DNA of 64,000 nt from an uncultured Planctomycetota bacterium (GTDB lineage Bacteria; Planctomycetota; PLA2; JAEUHO01): positions 384,001 through 448,000 of the forward strand of contig CAVVXN010000005.1 of assembly GCA_963752285.1 (NCBI GenBank). The letters run 5' to 3'. Position 1 is the stretch's first letter. Each line of letters opens with the position of its first letter. The notes under the pieces are model-generated. The model ran no database searches, was not told the DNA's origin, and worked only from the letters and a program-made list of their open reading frames with translations. The translations under genes and the position numbers were made by a program. Of this stretch, positions 17,727 to 26,531 are shown one piece after another.

Positions 17727-18704
17727 TCACCAGCTCGCGGCGAGGGCCGCCTCGAGCGAGCCGAGTGCGCGCAGCTCGGCGGCCTTCGCCTGCTCGAGCA
17801 GCGCGGCGGCCGCAGCGCGTCGCGCGGGCTCCTCCGACTCGTTCCGGGCCGGGTACGGGAAGAGCGACGCGACGCGCTTCAGGGCCGCGGACGCCTCCGC
17901 GTACGCGTCGGCGGCGCGCGCGAGCGGCGGCGCGACGCGACCGTGGCGCGCGACCAGCCGCTCGAGCCAGGTCCGCGCCATCGAGCGCATCTCGGCCCAC
18001 ACCTGCGCGTGGAGGGCGCTCCCCGCCGACTCCACGCGCCCCGCGCGCAACGCCGTGCTCCACGCGTCGTAGGCCGCGAGGCCCTCCACGACGTCCGGTC
18101 GCGGCGAAACGGCGCCGAGGCGCGCGACTGCGCGGCCGATCGCACGGTGGTCCGCCGCGGCCGGGCTCGAGACGGCCGTCGTGGCCGTGGGCATCGCGAG
18201 GAGGTACGGTCCGAGCGGTGCGTCGATCTCGTCGTAGCGGATCGGCGGCTCCGCCTCGTTTCGCGCGCGTCGCGACGACACGACGTGGTACCGCTCGGCG
18301 TCCACGCCCACCACGACCGCGTGCTCGGGTCCGTACGCGCCGTAGAGGACGCACGGGCGTCCGGCCTCGAGCTCGCGCGTGGCGAGGTCGTGCGCCTCGC
18401 GGCAGTGCGCGCGGGTGGCCTCTGTGCGCCGGTCCTTCGTGTGCGGCTCGCCCGCGCGAAAGGAGAGGCACGTCCGGCCGAGCGCGGGCAGGGCCGACTC
18501 GAGCCCGCCGCGTTCGATCGAGGCCGGGCCGACCGCGGCGAGGTTCACGTGGACCGCCAGCGCGAACGCGTGTCCCGTGGCGCCGGCCACGTCGATCCGG
18601 TCCGTGACGACGCCCAGCGCCTCGAGGACCGCCGTCGTGGCGGAGACCCACGTCGCCCAGCCGCCGGGCCATCGGACCTCGCCCTGGATCCGAAGCGTGC
18701 CCAT
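17727..18704 (-). CDS. Hypothetical protein, possible BtrH/C39-like papain fold
   Basis: ATG 18704 with GGAGG RBS; AGATGHAF, GRPCVLY, EHAVVVGVD segments; 3' end of the 17727..23762 ORF. Confidence 0.65.
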   Translation of the reverse strand: MGTLRIQGEVRWPGGWATWVSATTAVLEALGVVTDRIDVAGATGHAFALAVHVNLAAVGPASIERGGLESALPALGRTCLSFRAGEPHTKDRRTEATRAHCREAHDLATRELEAGRPCVLYGAYGPEHAVVVGVDAERYHVVSSRRARNEAEPPIRYDEIDAPLGPYLLAMPTATTAVSSPAAADHRAIGRAVARLGAVSPRPDVVEGLAAYDAWSTALRAGRVESAGSALHAQVWAEMRSMARTWLERLVARHGRVAPPLARAADAYAEASAALKRVASLFPYPARNESEEPARRAAAAALLEQAKAAELRALGSLEAALAASW

Positions 18705-18890
18705 CCGCCCTCCCGAGACGCCGGTGTCAGCGTACGCGCGTCCCGCGGAGGGGGGCCGGGGATCCCGCCACGCACAATCCCCGCGACGAGCCCAACCGGT
18801 GGGGGACCAACGAAACCCCCTTCCCAAGATGCAGGGGGGGCCTAGACTCGCCTCCGGGCCGGGTGGTCGGCCCCGGGACGGGAGGCGCCG

Positions 18891-21800
18891 ATGCGCACGG
18901 GATCGAGGGGGGGCGCGCGGGTCACGGTCTTGCTGGGGACGCTCCTCGTCCTGTCGGTGGGCCAGAACGTGGGGACCTGGGTCGCGGCGGCGCGCCGCGG
19001 GCCGCGGGTCGTGGGCGTGGAAGACCACCCCGACGCCCACCGGGCGCTCGTGGACTTCGACGCCGTCATGGTCGCGGGCGACGCCGTCGGCGCCGAGCTC
19101 CCGGTGGGGCGCGTCACCGTCGAGCCGGCGGCGCCCCTCGAGGCGCGCTTCATCACGCCGAACCGCCTCGAGGTCCGGCTGGACGGCTCGGTGCCCGCGT
19201 TCACGCGCTACGCGATCCGATTCGCGAGCGACCTGACCGACCTCTCGGGCCGCCCCGTGGACCGGGACGAGGGCCCGGAGCCCGCCGTCACCACCGGACG
19301 TCTGGACCTCGCGGGCGCGCCGCGGCCCTGGCTCGACGAGGCGGGGGCGGCCGTCGCCTCGATCCTCCTGAACGGCCCGGTCCGGCCCGCGGACCTGGAG
19401 CGCCACCTCCGTCTCCTGGACGCGGCGGGGACGCCGCTCTCGTGGACCCTGACGGGAGGGGACGCGTCGTGGGACCTCCGTGTGAAGGGCGCGGTGCCCC
19501 GCGCCGCGACCCTGGTGGTCGCCGCGGGGCTCGAGAGCCCGCTCGGGCCGCGCGGATTCGACGCCGAGGCGCGCCGCGCGCTCGCGTGGCCCCGCACCGT
19601 CCGCGTCGTCGACGTGGACGCCGAGGCGGAGGCGAGGACCGCGCGCGTGACGCTCGCGCTCTCGCACGCGCTCGTCCCCGAGGGTGCGCTCTCGTTCGTG
19701 TCGGTCGATCCGCCCGTCCCCGACCTCGCGGCGACGGTCCACGACGCGCGACTCGTCCTCTCGGGCGCGTTCCCGCCCGGTCGGACCTCGACGATCACGC
19801 TCAAGCGGGGTCTGCCGGCCCGGCACGGGCTCCGTCTCGAGAGCGACGTGGTGCGACGCGTCCTGGTCCCCGAGCCGCGTCCCCACCTCGCCTTCGCCGG
19901 CTCGGGCAGCATCTTCCCGACCTCCGCGCGGCCCGAGATCCGGGTGGAGGGCGTCTCGATCCCCGCGGTCGAGATCGAGATGCGCGAGGTCTTCGCGAGC
20001 AACGTGGTCCCCCTGGCGCTCGGGTGGACGGGCGCGGGCCGCCTCGCAGGCGCGCCCCGGACCGTCCGCCGCCCGATCGACGCGCCGCCCCACGAACCGT
20101 GGGAGGAGGCGTTCGATCTCGCGGCGGTCCTCGGGCGCGCGCCGCGCGGCACGTGGCTCGTGCGGGTCTCCGACGCGCGCGACGGCTGGCCGTCCGCGAA
20201 CCGCGTGATCCAGCGCACGGACCTCGCGCCGCTCGTCCGCGTGACGCCGGACGGCGCCATCGTTCTCGTGCGAGATGTCGCGCACGGTACGGCCGTCGAG
20301 GACGCGCACGTCGTCCTCTACGACGAGAAGGACCAGGTGGCCGGCGAGGGTCGCACCGACGGGCAGGGGCTCCTCGTGCTCCGCGGTCTCTCGACCCCGC
20401 CCGTCGTCTGCGTGGCCGAGACCGCGGACGACCGCGCGTACGTGGACCTGGGGCACCACGCCGTCGCGCACGACGGCCGCGAGGTCGCCGGACGCCCGCC
20501 GGCGCGCGGTCTCGAGGCGTTCCTCTACTCGGATCGCGGCGCCGTGCGCCCCGGGGAGACGGCCCGCGTCGGCGCGATCCTCCGCGGCCCGGACGGGAGG
20601 GCGGCGCCCGCGGGTCTCGCGCTCCGCCTCGAGCTCGTGGGACCCGACGCGCGGGTGCGGAGGCGCGTCGCGCCGCGCATCGACCGCTTCGGCGCGGTCG
20701 AGGTCGATCTGCCGTTCGCGGACGACGCGCCCACGGGCACGTGGCGCGTCCGCGCGTTCGCCCCCGGCGAGCGCGACGCGGTGGGCGAGGTGGCCTTCCG
20801 CGTGGAGGCGATCGTCCCCGACCGCATCGAGCCGTCGATCGAGCTCCCGCCGGGCGACCTCGCGTTCGACGAGGAGGTGCGCGTCCGCGTGCGGACGCGG
20901 CTCCTCACGGGAGAGCCCACACCCGACCTCCCGGTCACGCTTCGCGTCCGGTACGCGCCCTCGTTCGACACGCCCGTGGAGGGATTTCGCTTCGGCGACC
21001 GCGACGCGGCGCCCGAGCCGTTCTCGTTCCAGGTCGCCGACGACCGGCTCGACGCCGGCGGGGACCTCTCCGCCGTCGTTCGGACCCCCGCCGAGGGCCC
21101 CGCGGGCGCCTCGCTCGTCGCGACCTTCGAGGCGGAGGTCGTGGACCGCTCGGGGCGCGCGGCGTTCGCGCGCACGTCGTGCCGTCTGGTGCCCGCGGGC
21201 CCGCGGCTCGGCGTCGCCGCCCCGCCGGACGAAGGCTTCGTCGTGCCGATCGTCGTCGGCGTCGCGTCGTCGGGGAACGACGCGGCCCCCGTCGAAGGCG
21301 AGGCGGTGCTCGAACGCCTCGCGTGGGAGGGCGGCTGGGTCGAGGAGGGCGACGACCGCCCCGTCTGGCGTTCGTCCCGCGTCGCGACCGTGCTCCAGCG
21401 CGTCGCCTTTCGTGCGACGGGCGGTCGCGGGGAGGCGGCGTTCGACGACCCGGGCGAAGGGTGGTTTCGCGTCTCCGTGTCCGGGCCGGGTGCGCGCCCC
21501 GCCGCGCTCGTGTTCACGCGCTACGACGGGCACGCGTCCGCGGCCGGCACGGGCGGCGGCCCCCGCCTCTCGATCGCGCCGGCGGAGGCGGTGGCGCCCG
21601 GCGGGACGGCGGTGCTCGAGGTGGAGGCTCCGTTCGCCGGACCGCTCCTCCTGACGCTCGAGGCGCCGGGCGTGCTCCAGGCGCGCGTGCTCGATCTGGA
21701 GGCCGGAAGGCGGCGCATCGAGGTGCCGCTCCCCGACGTGGCGGGGCCCGGGCTCTACGCGACGGCGACGCTTCTCCGCGGCGCGGCGGACGCGGGCGAC

Positions 21801-24044
21801 CAGGCGACGCGTCTCCTCGGCGCGTGCTGGGTCGAGGTCCGACGTCCCGCGCGCCGGCTCGACGTGAGCCTGGAGGTTCCCCCCTCGCATCGGCCCGAGT
21901 CCGACCTCGAGGTCACCGTGAGGACCTCCGCGCCGGCATGGGTCCACCTCGTCGCGGTGGACGAGGGCGTGCTCCGACTGACCGGGCACCCGACGCCCGA
22001 CCCGCAGGCGTTCTTCCTCGCGCGACGTCGGCTCGACACGCGCGTCGCGGACGCGTGGGCGCGCCTCGCGCACCGCCTCCGGTTCGGCGGCGACGACGCC
22101 GAGCCCGGCGGCGACGCCCTCGCCGTAAGGATGGACCCGACGGCGCGAAAGACGATCGAGACCGTGGCGCTCGCCGCACCGCCGGTCGTCGTGGACGGGT
22201 CGGCGCGGATCCGGCTCGCACTGCCGGCCTGGGACGGACGGCTGCGCGTCATGGCCGTCGCGTCCGGCGTGGAGGGGACGGGCTCGGCCGAGGCCGGGGT
22301 CGTGGTCGCCGCGCCGATCCGCGTGGCGGTCCACGGTCCGCGCGCCGCGGCGCCCGGCGACGTGTTCGACGTCGCCCTCGAAGCGAAGGGCGACGGCGTC
22401 TCCTTCGACGTCGGCGTGGAGGGCCTCGACGTCGTGGCGCGCGGGGGCGACCCCGCGGCGCCCTCCTCCGTCACGGTTCGCGCGCGGGAAGACGCCGAGA
22501 TCGGGGTCGTCACCGTGACGGCCCGCGACGCCGAGGGCCACGTCGTCCGTCGCGAGGCACGCGTACGGCTGCGCGCGCCCACCCCGTTCACGGTCGCCCA
22601 CGTGCCGGCCCGGCTCGACGCCGGGGCGTCGTGGACCCCGCCCGGGCTCGACGCGTGGCGCGCCGACCGGCTCCGGGCGCGGCTCGTGATCGGGCCGCCC
22701 GAGGCGGCGATCGCCCTGCCGCCGCTCGAGCGGCTGCTCGCGTACCCTCACGGATGCGTCGAGCAGACCACCTCGCGTGCGATCGCCGTGCTCGCCTGGT
22801 CCTCGCTCTGGCAGCGCCGGATGGTCGATGCCGGGCGCCCCGACGACGTCGTGGATGCGGCCGTGGACCGCGTGCTCTCCATGCAGACCGCCGACGGCGG
22901 TCTCTCGCTCTGGCCGGGCGGCGGCTCGTCGGACGCCTTCGGCAGCGCGTACGGCGCCGAGTTCCTGATCGCGGCGCGTGCAGCGGGGCGCGCGGTGCCC
23001 GAAGCGCCGTTCGACCGGCTGCTCGACCACCTCGCCCGCGCCGTTTTGTCCCGACGCGCCGACGCGTACACGGTCCTCGTGCTCGCGCGCGCGGGCCGCG
23101 ACGTCCGCGCGGCGCTCGAGCGGGTGGTGAGCGGCCTCGACCCGGAGGCCGCGCCCGACGTCGAAACCGCGGCGAACCTCGCCACCGCGTTCGAGCTCGC
23201 CGGCGAGGACGAGCGGGCGCGACGCTGGCTCGACCGGGCCGGCGACCCCTGGGGCGTCCCGCGCGAGAGCGGGGGCTGGCTCCGGAGCCCGGTGCGCGCC
23301 GCCGCCGTCCTCCTCGAGGCGATCACGGTCGTCCGGCCCGACGACCCGCGCGCCGACGATCTCGTCTCGCGCCTCGGCGTCTCGGTCACGGGCGCGGCGG
23401 ACGACACGTACACCACGCAGGACGACGCGCGGGCGCTCCTGGCGCTCGCGCGGTTCGCGTCGGTGCGTGCCGACGAGGCGGGGCCGTCGCGCGGCGTGGT
23501 CCTCGTGAGCGACCGCCGGATCGCGTACGACGGCGACCTCGTCCTCGACCTGGACGCCGGCGAGGCGCGTTCGCTCCGTGTCGAGGCCGACACCCAGACG
23601 GCGCTGACCTGGCGTGTCGAGGGCTTCCCCCGCGCGATGCCGGCGACGTCGCTCGACCGCGGCATCCGGGTCCACCGCACGATCGAGGGGCTCGTGGACG
23701 GGCGACTGCGGCAGGGCCACGTGTACCGCGTCGTGCTCGAGGGCGAGGTGGAGGTGGGCCACGGAGAGAACCTCCTGGTCACCGACGTGCTGCCGGGCGG
23801 CCTCGAGGTCGAGGCCGCGCGCGGCCAGGAGGGGACCCTCGCGCCGGACCGCGTGGAGTCGAGGGACGAGCGCGTCCTCTTCTTCCGCGCGGCTCCGCTT
23901 CGCGGGGCGTTCCGTCAGACGTATCTCGTGCGCGCGGTGACGCCCGGACGCTGGCAGGTGCCACCCGTGGAGGCGGAGCTCCTCTACGCCCCCGACGTGC
24001 GCGGTCGCGGCGACGTCGGCGGGACGCTCGAGGTCGTGCGTTGA
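18891..24044 (+). CDS. Bacterial alpha-2-macroglobulin family protein (YfhM-like)
   Basis: 1717 aa; YSDRGAVRPGE, AVDEGVL, GRLRVMAVA, thioester YPHGCVEQTTS, D.LPGGLE, YLVRAVTPG...LYAP; followed by pbpC. Confidence 0.93.
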   Translation: MRTGSRGGARVTVLLGTLLVLSVGQNVGTWVAAARRGPRVVGVEDHPDAHRALVDFDAVMVAGDAVGAELPVGRVTVEPAAPLEARFITPNRLEVRLDGSVPAFTRYAIRFASDLTDLSGRPVDRDEGPEPAVTTGRLDLAGAPRPWLDEAGAAVASILLNGPVRPADLERHLRLLDAAGTPLSWTLTGGDASWDLRVKGAVPRAATLVVAAGLESPLGPRGFDAEARRALAWPRTVRVVDVDAEAEARTARVTLALSHALVPEGALSFVSVDPPVPDLAATVHDARLVLSGAFPPGRTSTITLKRGLPARHGLRLESDVVRRVLVPEPRPHLAFAGSGSIFPTSARPEIRVEGVSIPAVEIEMREVFASNVVPLALGWTGAGRLAGAPRTVRRPIDAPPHEPWEEAFDLAAVLGRAPRGTWLVRVSDARDGWPSANRVIQRTDLAPLVRVTPDGAIVLVRDVAHGTAVEDAHVVLYDEKDQVAGEGRTDGQGLLVLRGLSTPPVVCVAETADDRAYVDLGHHAVAHDGREVAGRPPARGLEAFLYSDRGAVRPGETARVGAILRGPDGRAAPAGLALRLELVGPDARVRRRVAPRIDRFGAVEVDLPFADDAPTGTWRVRAFAPGERDAVGEVAFRVEAIVPDRIEPSIELPPGDLAFDEEVRVRVRTRLLTGEPTPDLPVTLRVRYAPSFDTPVEGFRFGDRDAAPEPFSFQVADDRLDAGGDLSAVVRTPAEGPAGASLVATFEAEVVDRSGRAAFARTSCRLVPAGPRLGVAAPPDEGFVVPIVVGVASSGNDAAPVEGEAVLERLAWEGGWVEEGDDRPVWRSSRVATVLQRVAFRATGGRGEAAFDDPGEGWFRVSVSGPGARPAALVFTRYDGHASAAGTGGGPRLSIAPAEAVAPGGTAVLEVEAPFAGPLLLTLEAPGVLQARVLDLEAGRRRIEVPLPDVAGPGLYATATLLRGAADAGDQATRLLGACWVEVRRPARRLDVSLEVPPSHRPESDLEVTVRTSAPAWVHLVAVDEGVLRLTGHPTPDPQAFFLARRRLDTRVADAWARLAHRLRFGGDDAEPGGDALAVRMDPTARKTIETVALAAPPVVVDGSARIRLALPAWDGRLRVMAVASGVEGTGSAEAGVVVAAPIRVAVHGPRAAAPGDVFDVALEAKGDGVSFDVGVEGLDVVARGGDPAAPSSVTVRAREDAEIGVVTVTARDAEGHVVRREARVRLRAPTPFTVAHVPARLDAGASWTPPGLDAWRADRLRARLVIGPPEAAIALPPLERLLAYPHGCVEQTTSRAIAVLAWSSLWQRRMVDAGRPDDVVDAAVDRVLSMQTADGGLSLWPGGGSSDAFGSAYGAEFLIAARAAGRAVPEAPFDRLLDHLARAVLSRRADAYTVLVLARAGRDVRAALERVVSGLDPEAAPDVETAANLATAFELAGEDERARRWLDRAGDPWGVPRESGGWLRSPVRAAAVLLEAITVVRPDDPRADDLVSRLGVSVTGAADDTYTTQDDARALLALARFASVRADEAGPSRGVVLVSDRRIAYDGDLVLDLDAGEARSLRVEADTQTALTWRVEGFPRAMPATSLDRGIRVHRTIEGLVDGRLRQGHVYRVVLEGEVEVGHGENLLVTDVLPGGLEVEAARGQEGTLAPDRVESRDERVLFFRAAPLRGAFRQTYLVRAVTPGRWQVPPVEAELLYAPDVRGRGDVGGTLEVVR

Positions 24045-26308
24045 GACGGAGCCCGAGGGCGCGCCGGTGGCGACGATGGGCGCGGCGGCTCGGCATCGCC
24101 GCCGTCGCGCTCGCGTCGCTCCCGCTGCTGCTCCTCCTCCTCGACGCGTGTCTTCCGTTCCCCGAGTCGGCGTTCCAGCGAATCCCGGCCTCCCCCGTCG
24201 TGACCGCGGCGGACGGGACGCCGATGCACGTTGGGCTCACGACCGCCGAGGAGCGGCGCTGGCCCGTCCCGCTGGGGGAGGTGTCGCCCTGGGTCCTCCG
24301 CGCCCTCGTCGCCGCCGAAGACCGACGGTTCTTCGACCACGCGGGCGTGGACGTGCACGCGGTCGGCCGGGCCCTCGTCGCGGACGTCACGGCCGGTCGG
24401 TTCCGCGAAGGTGCGTCCACGATCACCATGCAGCTCGCGCGCCTCGTGCTCCCCGAGCCCCGGTCGGTCCTCGGCAAGGTCGCGCAGGCGTTCCGCGCAT
24501 GGCAGATCGAGCGGCGCCACGACAAGCGATTCGTGCTCGAGCAGTACGTGAATCTCGTACCGTTCGGAGGCAACGTCCGCGGCGTCGAAGCCGCGGCCCG
24601 CACGTACTTCGGACGTCCGGCCGCCACGCTCGATGCGCCGGAGGCGGCGCTGCTCGTCTCGGTCCTGCCGGCCCCGACGCGTTTCGACCCGCGCCGCGAC
24701 AGAGGGGGCGCCCGGCGCCGGCGCGACCACGTGCTCGACCGGATGCGGGAGACCGGCGCCCTCGACGAGGCGGCGTGGCAGCGCGCACGCGCGGCGCCCC
24801 TCGGTCTGTCGCCCGAAGCCTTCCCGGACCTCGCGCCCGACGCCTGGCTCCGTGCGGGCCGCGGCGCGACGACGATCGACCTGCGGCTCCAGCAAGGCGT
24901 CGAGCGCGTCGCCGCGGAGGCCGGTGGGGTGGACGGGCTCGCGATCGTGCTCGTGGACGTCGAGACCGGCGCGATCCGGGCGATGGCCGGCGCGCGGACG
25001 CCGAGCCCCGCCGTCCTCGACGCGACGGATCGGCCGCGCAGCGCCGGCTCGAGCCTGAAGCCCTTCCTGTACGCGCTCGCCTTCGACCGCGGGGTCGCCG
25101 CGCCGAAGACGCGCCTCCTCGACCTACCCTGGCGCGCGGACCACTGGGCGCCGACCGACTTCGACCGCCTCTGGCGCGGTCCCGTGGCGGCCGAGGACGC
25201 GCTCGAGGCGTCGTTGAACGTCCCGGCCGTTCGACTCGCGGCGGCGGTCGGTCCCGCGGACCTCGCCGACGTCCTTCACCGATTCGGCTTCCGCCACGTG
25301 CGCGCGCCGCACGACGGGGGCGCGGACCTCGCGCTCGGCACCGACGACACGACGGCGCTGGAGCTCGCCGGCGCGTGGGCGTCGCTCGTGACGGGCGGCC
25401 GCGTCCGGCGTCCGTGGCTGTCGGCCTCGGAGCGACCCGCGCCCGGGTCGGGCATCGCGGTCGTGTCGCCGGGCGCCGCGGAGCTGGTGGTCCGCGCGCT
25501 CGCCGACCGCGCACGCGCGCGGCCGGCCGGCGCGCCGCTCGAGGGCGTCGCGTGGAAGACGGGCACCTCCTCGTCGCGGCGCGACGCGTGGGCCGCGGGC
25601 GCGACCTCGCGGTACGCGGCCGCGGTCTGGCGCGGACGCCTCGACGGTCGGCCCGACGCGTCGCTCGTCGGGGCCGAGGCGGCGACGCCGATCCTCTTCG
25701 CCGTCCTCGGGCTCGCCGATCCGGCGCCGCGTCCCTTCGGGCCCCCGACGGACGTCGTGGCCGTCGAGACCTGCCCCGAGTCCGGGCTCGCGTGGACCGA
25801 TGCGTGCCCGGACCCCGCGACGGACCTCGTGCCCCGTGGCGCCGCGGCGCTCAGGCCGTGCGACCTCCACGTGCGCGTGCGTCTCGACGCGACGACCGGC
25901 GAGCTCCTCTGTCCCCACTGCGCGAGCGGACGCGAGACGGTGGATCGGACGTTCACGGTGGCGTCGCCCGAGCTGGCGCTGTGGCGTCGCCGCGCGGGCA
26001 TCGTGGACGCGCCGCTGCCACCGCACGCGGCGGGCTGCCCGGCGCCGATCGAGCCTCCGGCGCTCGCGCCCGTGTTCCTCGAGCCCGAGGACGAGACGAC
26101 GCGCGTCGCGAAGGGCGGGCGCGTTCGTGTGCCGGTCCTCGTGCGGGCGTCGGAGGCGGCGCGTCTGGAGCTGCTCGTGGACGGGCGCCTCACGACGGGG
26201 GGAGCGGCCGACGGCACCTTCGCCCTCGACCTCGGGCCCGGCCGGCACGTCCTGACCGCGGTGACGGAGCGAGGCGGCGAGGCGAGCGTGACGGTCTTCG
26301 TTCGATGA
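24041..26308 (+). CDS. pbpC: Penicillin-binding protein 1C (transglycosylase/transpeptidase)
   Basis: EDRRF.H.GVD, GASTITMQLAR, PFGGNVRG; SxxK (SSLK), SLN, KTGTSS. TTG start overlaps the A2M stop (TTGA). Confidence 0.9.
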   Translation: MRRSPRARRWRRWARRLGIAAVALASLPLLLLLLDACLPFPESAFQRIPASPVVTAADGTPMHVGLTTAEERRWPVPLGEVSPWVLRALVAAEDRRFFDHAGVDVHAVGRALVADVTAGRFREGASTITMQLARLVLPEPRSVLGKVAQAFRAWQIERRHDKRFVLEQYVNLVPFGGNVRGVEAAARTYFGRPAATLDAPEAALLVSVLPAPTRFDPRRDRGGARRRRDHVLDRMRETGALDEAAWQRARAAPLGLSPEAFPDLAPDAWLRAGRGATTIDLRLQQGVERVAAEAGGVDGLAIVLVDVETGAIRAMAGARTPSPAVLDATDRPRSAGSSLKPFLYALAFDRGVAAPKTRLLDLPWRADHWAPTDFDRLWRGPVAAEDALEASLNVPAVRLAAAVGPADLADVLHRFGFRHVRAPHDGGADLALGTDDTTALELAGAWASLVTGGRVRRPWLSASERPAPGSGIAVVSPGAAELVVRALADRARARPAGAPLEGVAWKTGTSSSRRDAWAAGATSRYAAAVWRGRLDGRPDASLVGAEAATPILFAVLGLADPAPRPFGPPTDVVAVETCPESGLAWTDACPDPATDLVPRGAAALRPCDLHVRVRLDATTGELLCPHCASGRETVDRTFTVASPELALWRRRAGIVDAPLPPHAAGCPAPIEPPALAPVFLEPEDETTRVAKGGRVRVPVLVRASEAARLELLVDGRLTTGGAADGTFALDLGPGRHVLTAVTERGGEASVTVFVR

Positions 26309-26531
26309 ACCCGTGAACGCCTCGTTCAGGGGGCGCGCGGGGCACGGAGCCCGGGCGAGGTCCGGCGCGGCTCGGCGGCGAGGCGCAGGAATCGCGACTC
26401 CCGCCGTGCCGCGCGTGCCGGCGCGCCGAGACGAAAGACACCGCCGCGCCCCGTTCGATCTCGCGGCGCCGCGGAGAACCGGCCTCGGCCGCGGCCGTTC
26501 ACACCGGAACGGGATATGCTGCGACTCGCGT

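Noticed and set aside
26313..26328. TGAACG-CCT-CGTTCA palindrome resembling a LexA box
   Set aside because: Spacing is GAAC-N5-GTTC rather than N4, no copy was seen upstream of uvrA, and it sits just after the pbpC stop.
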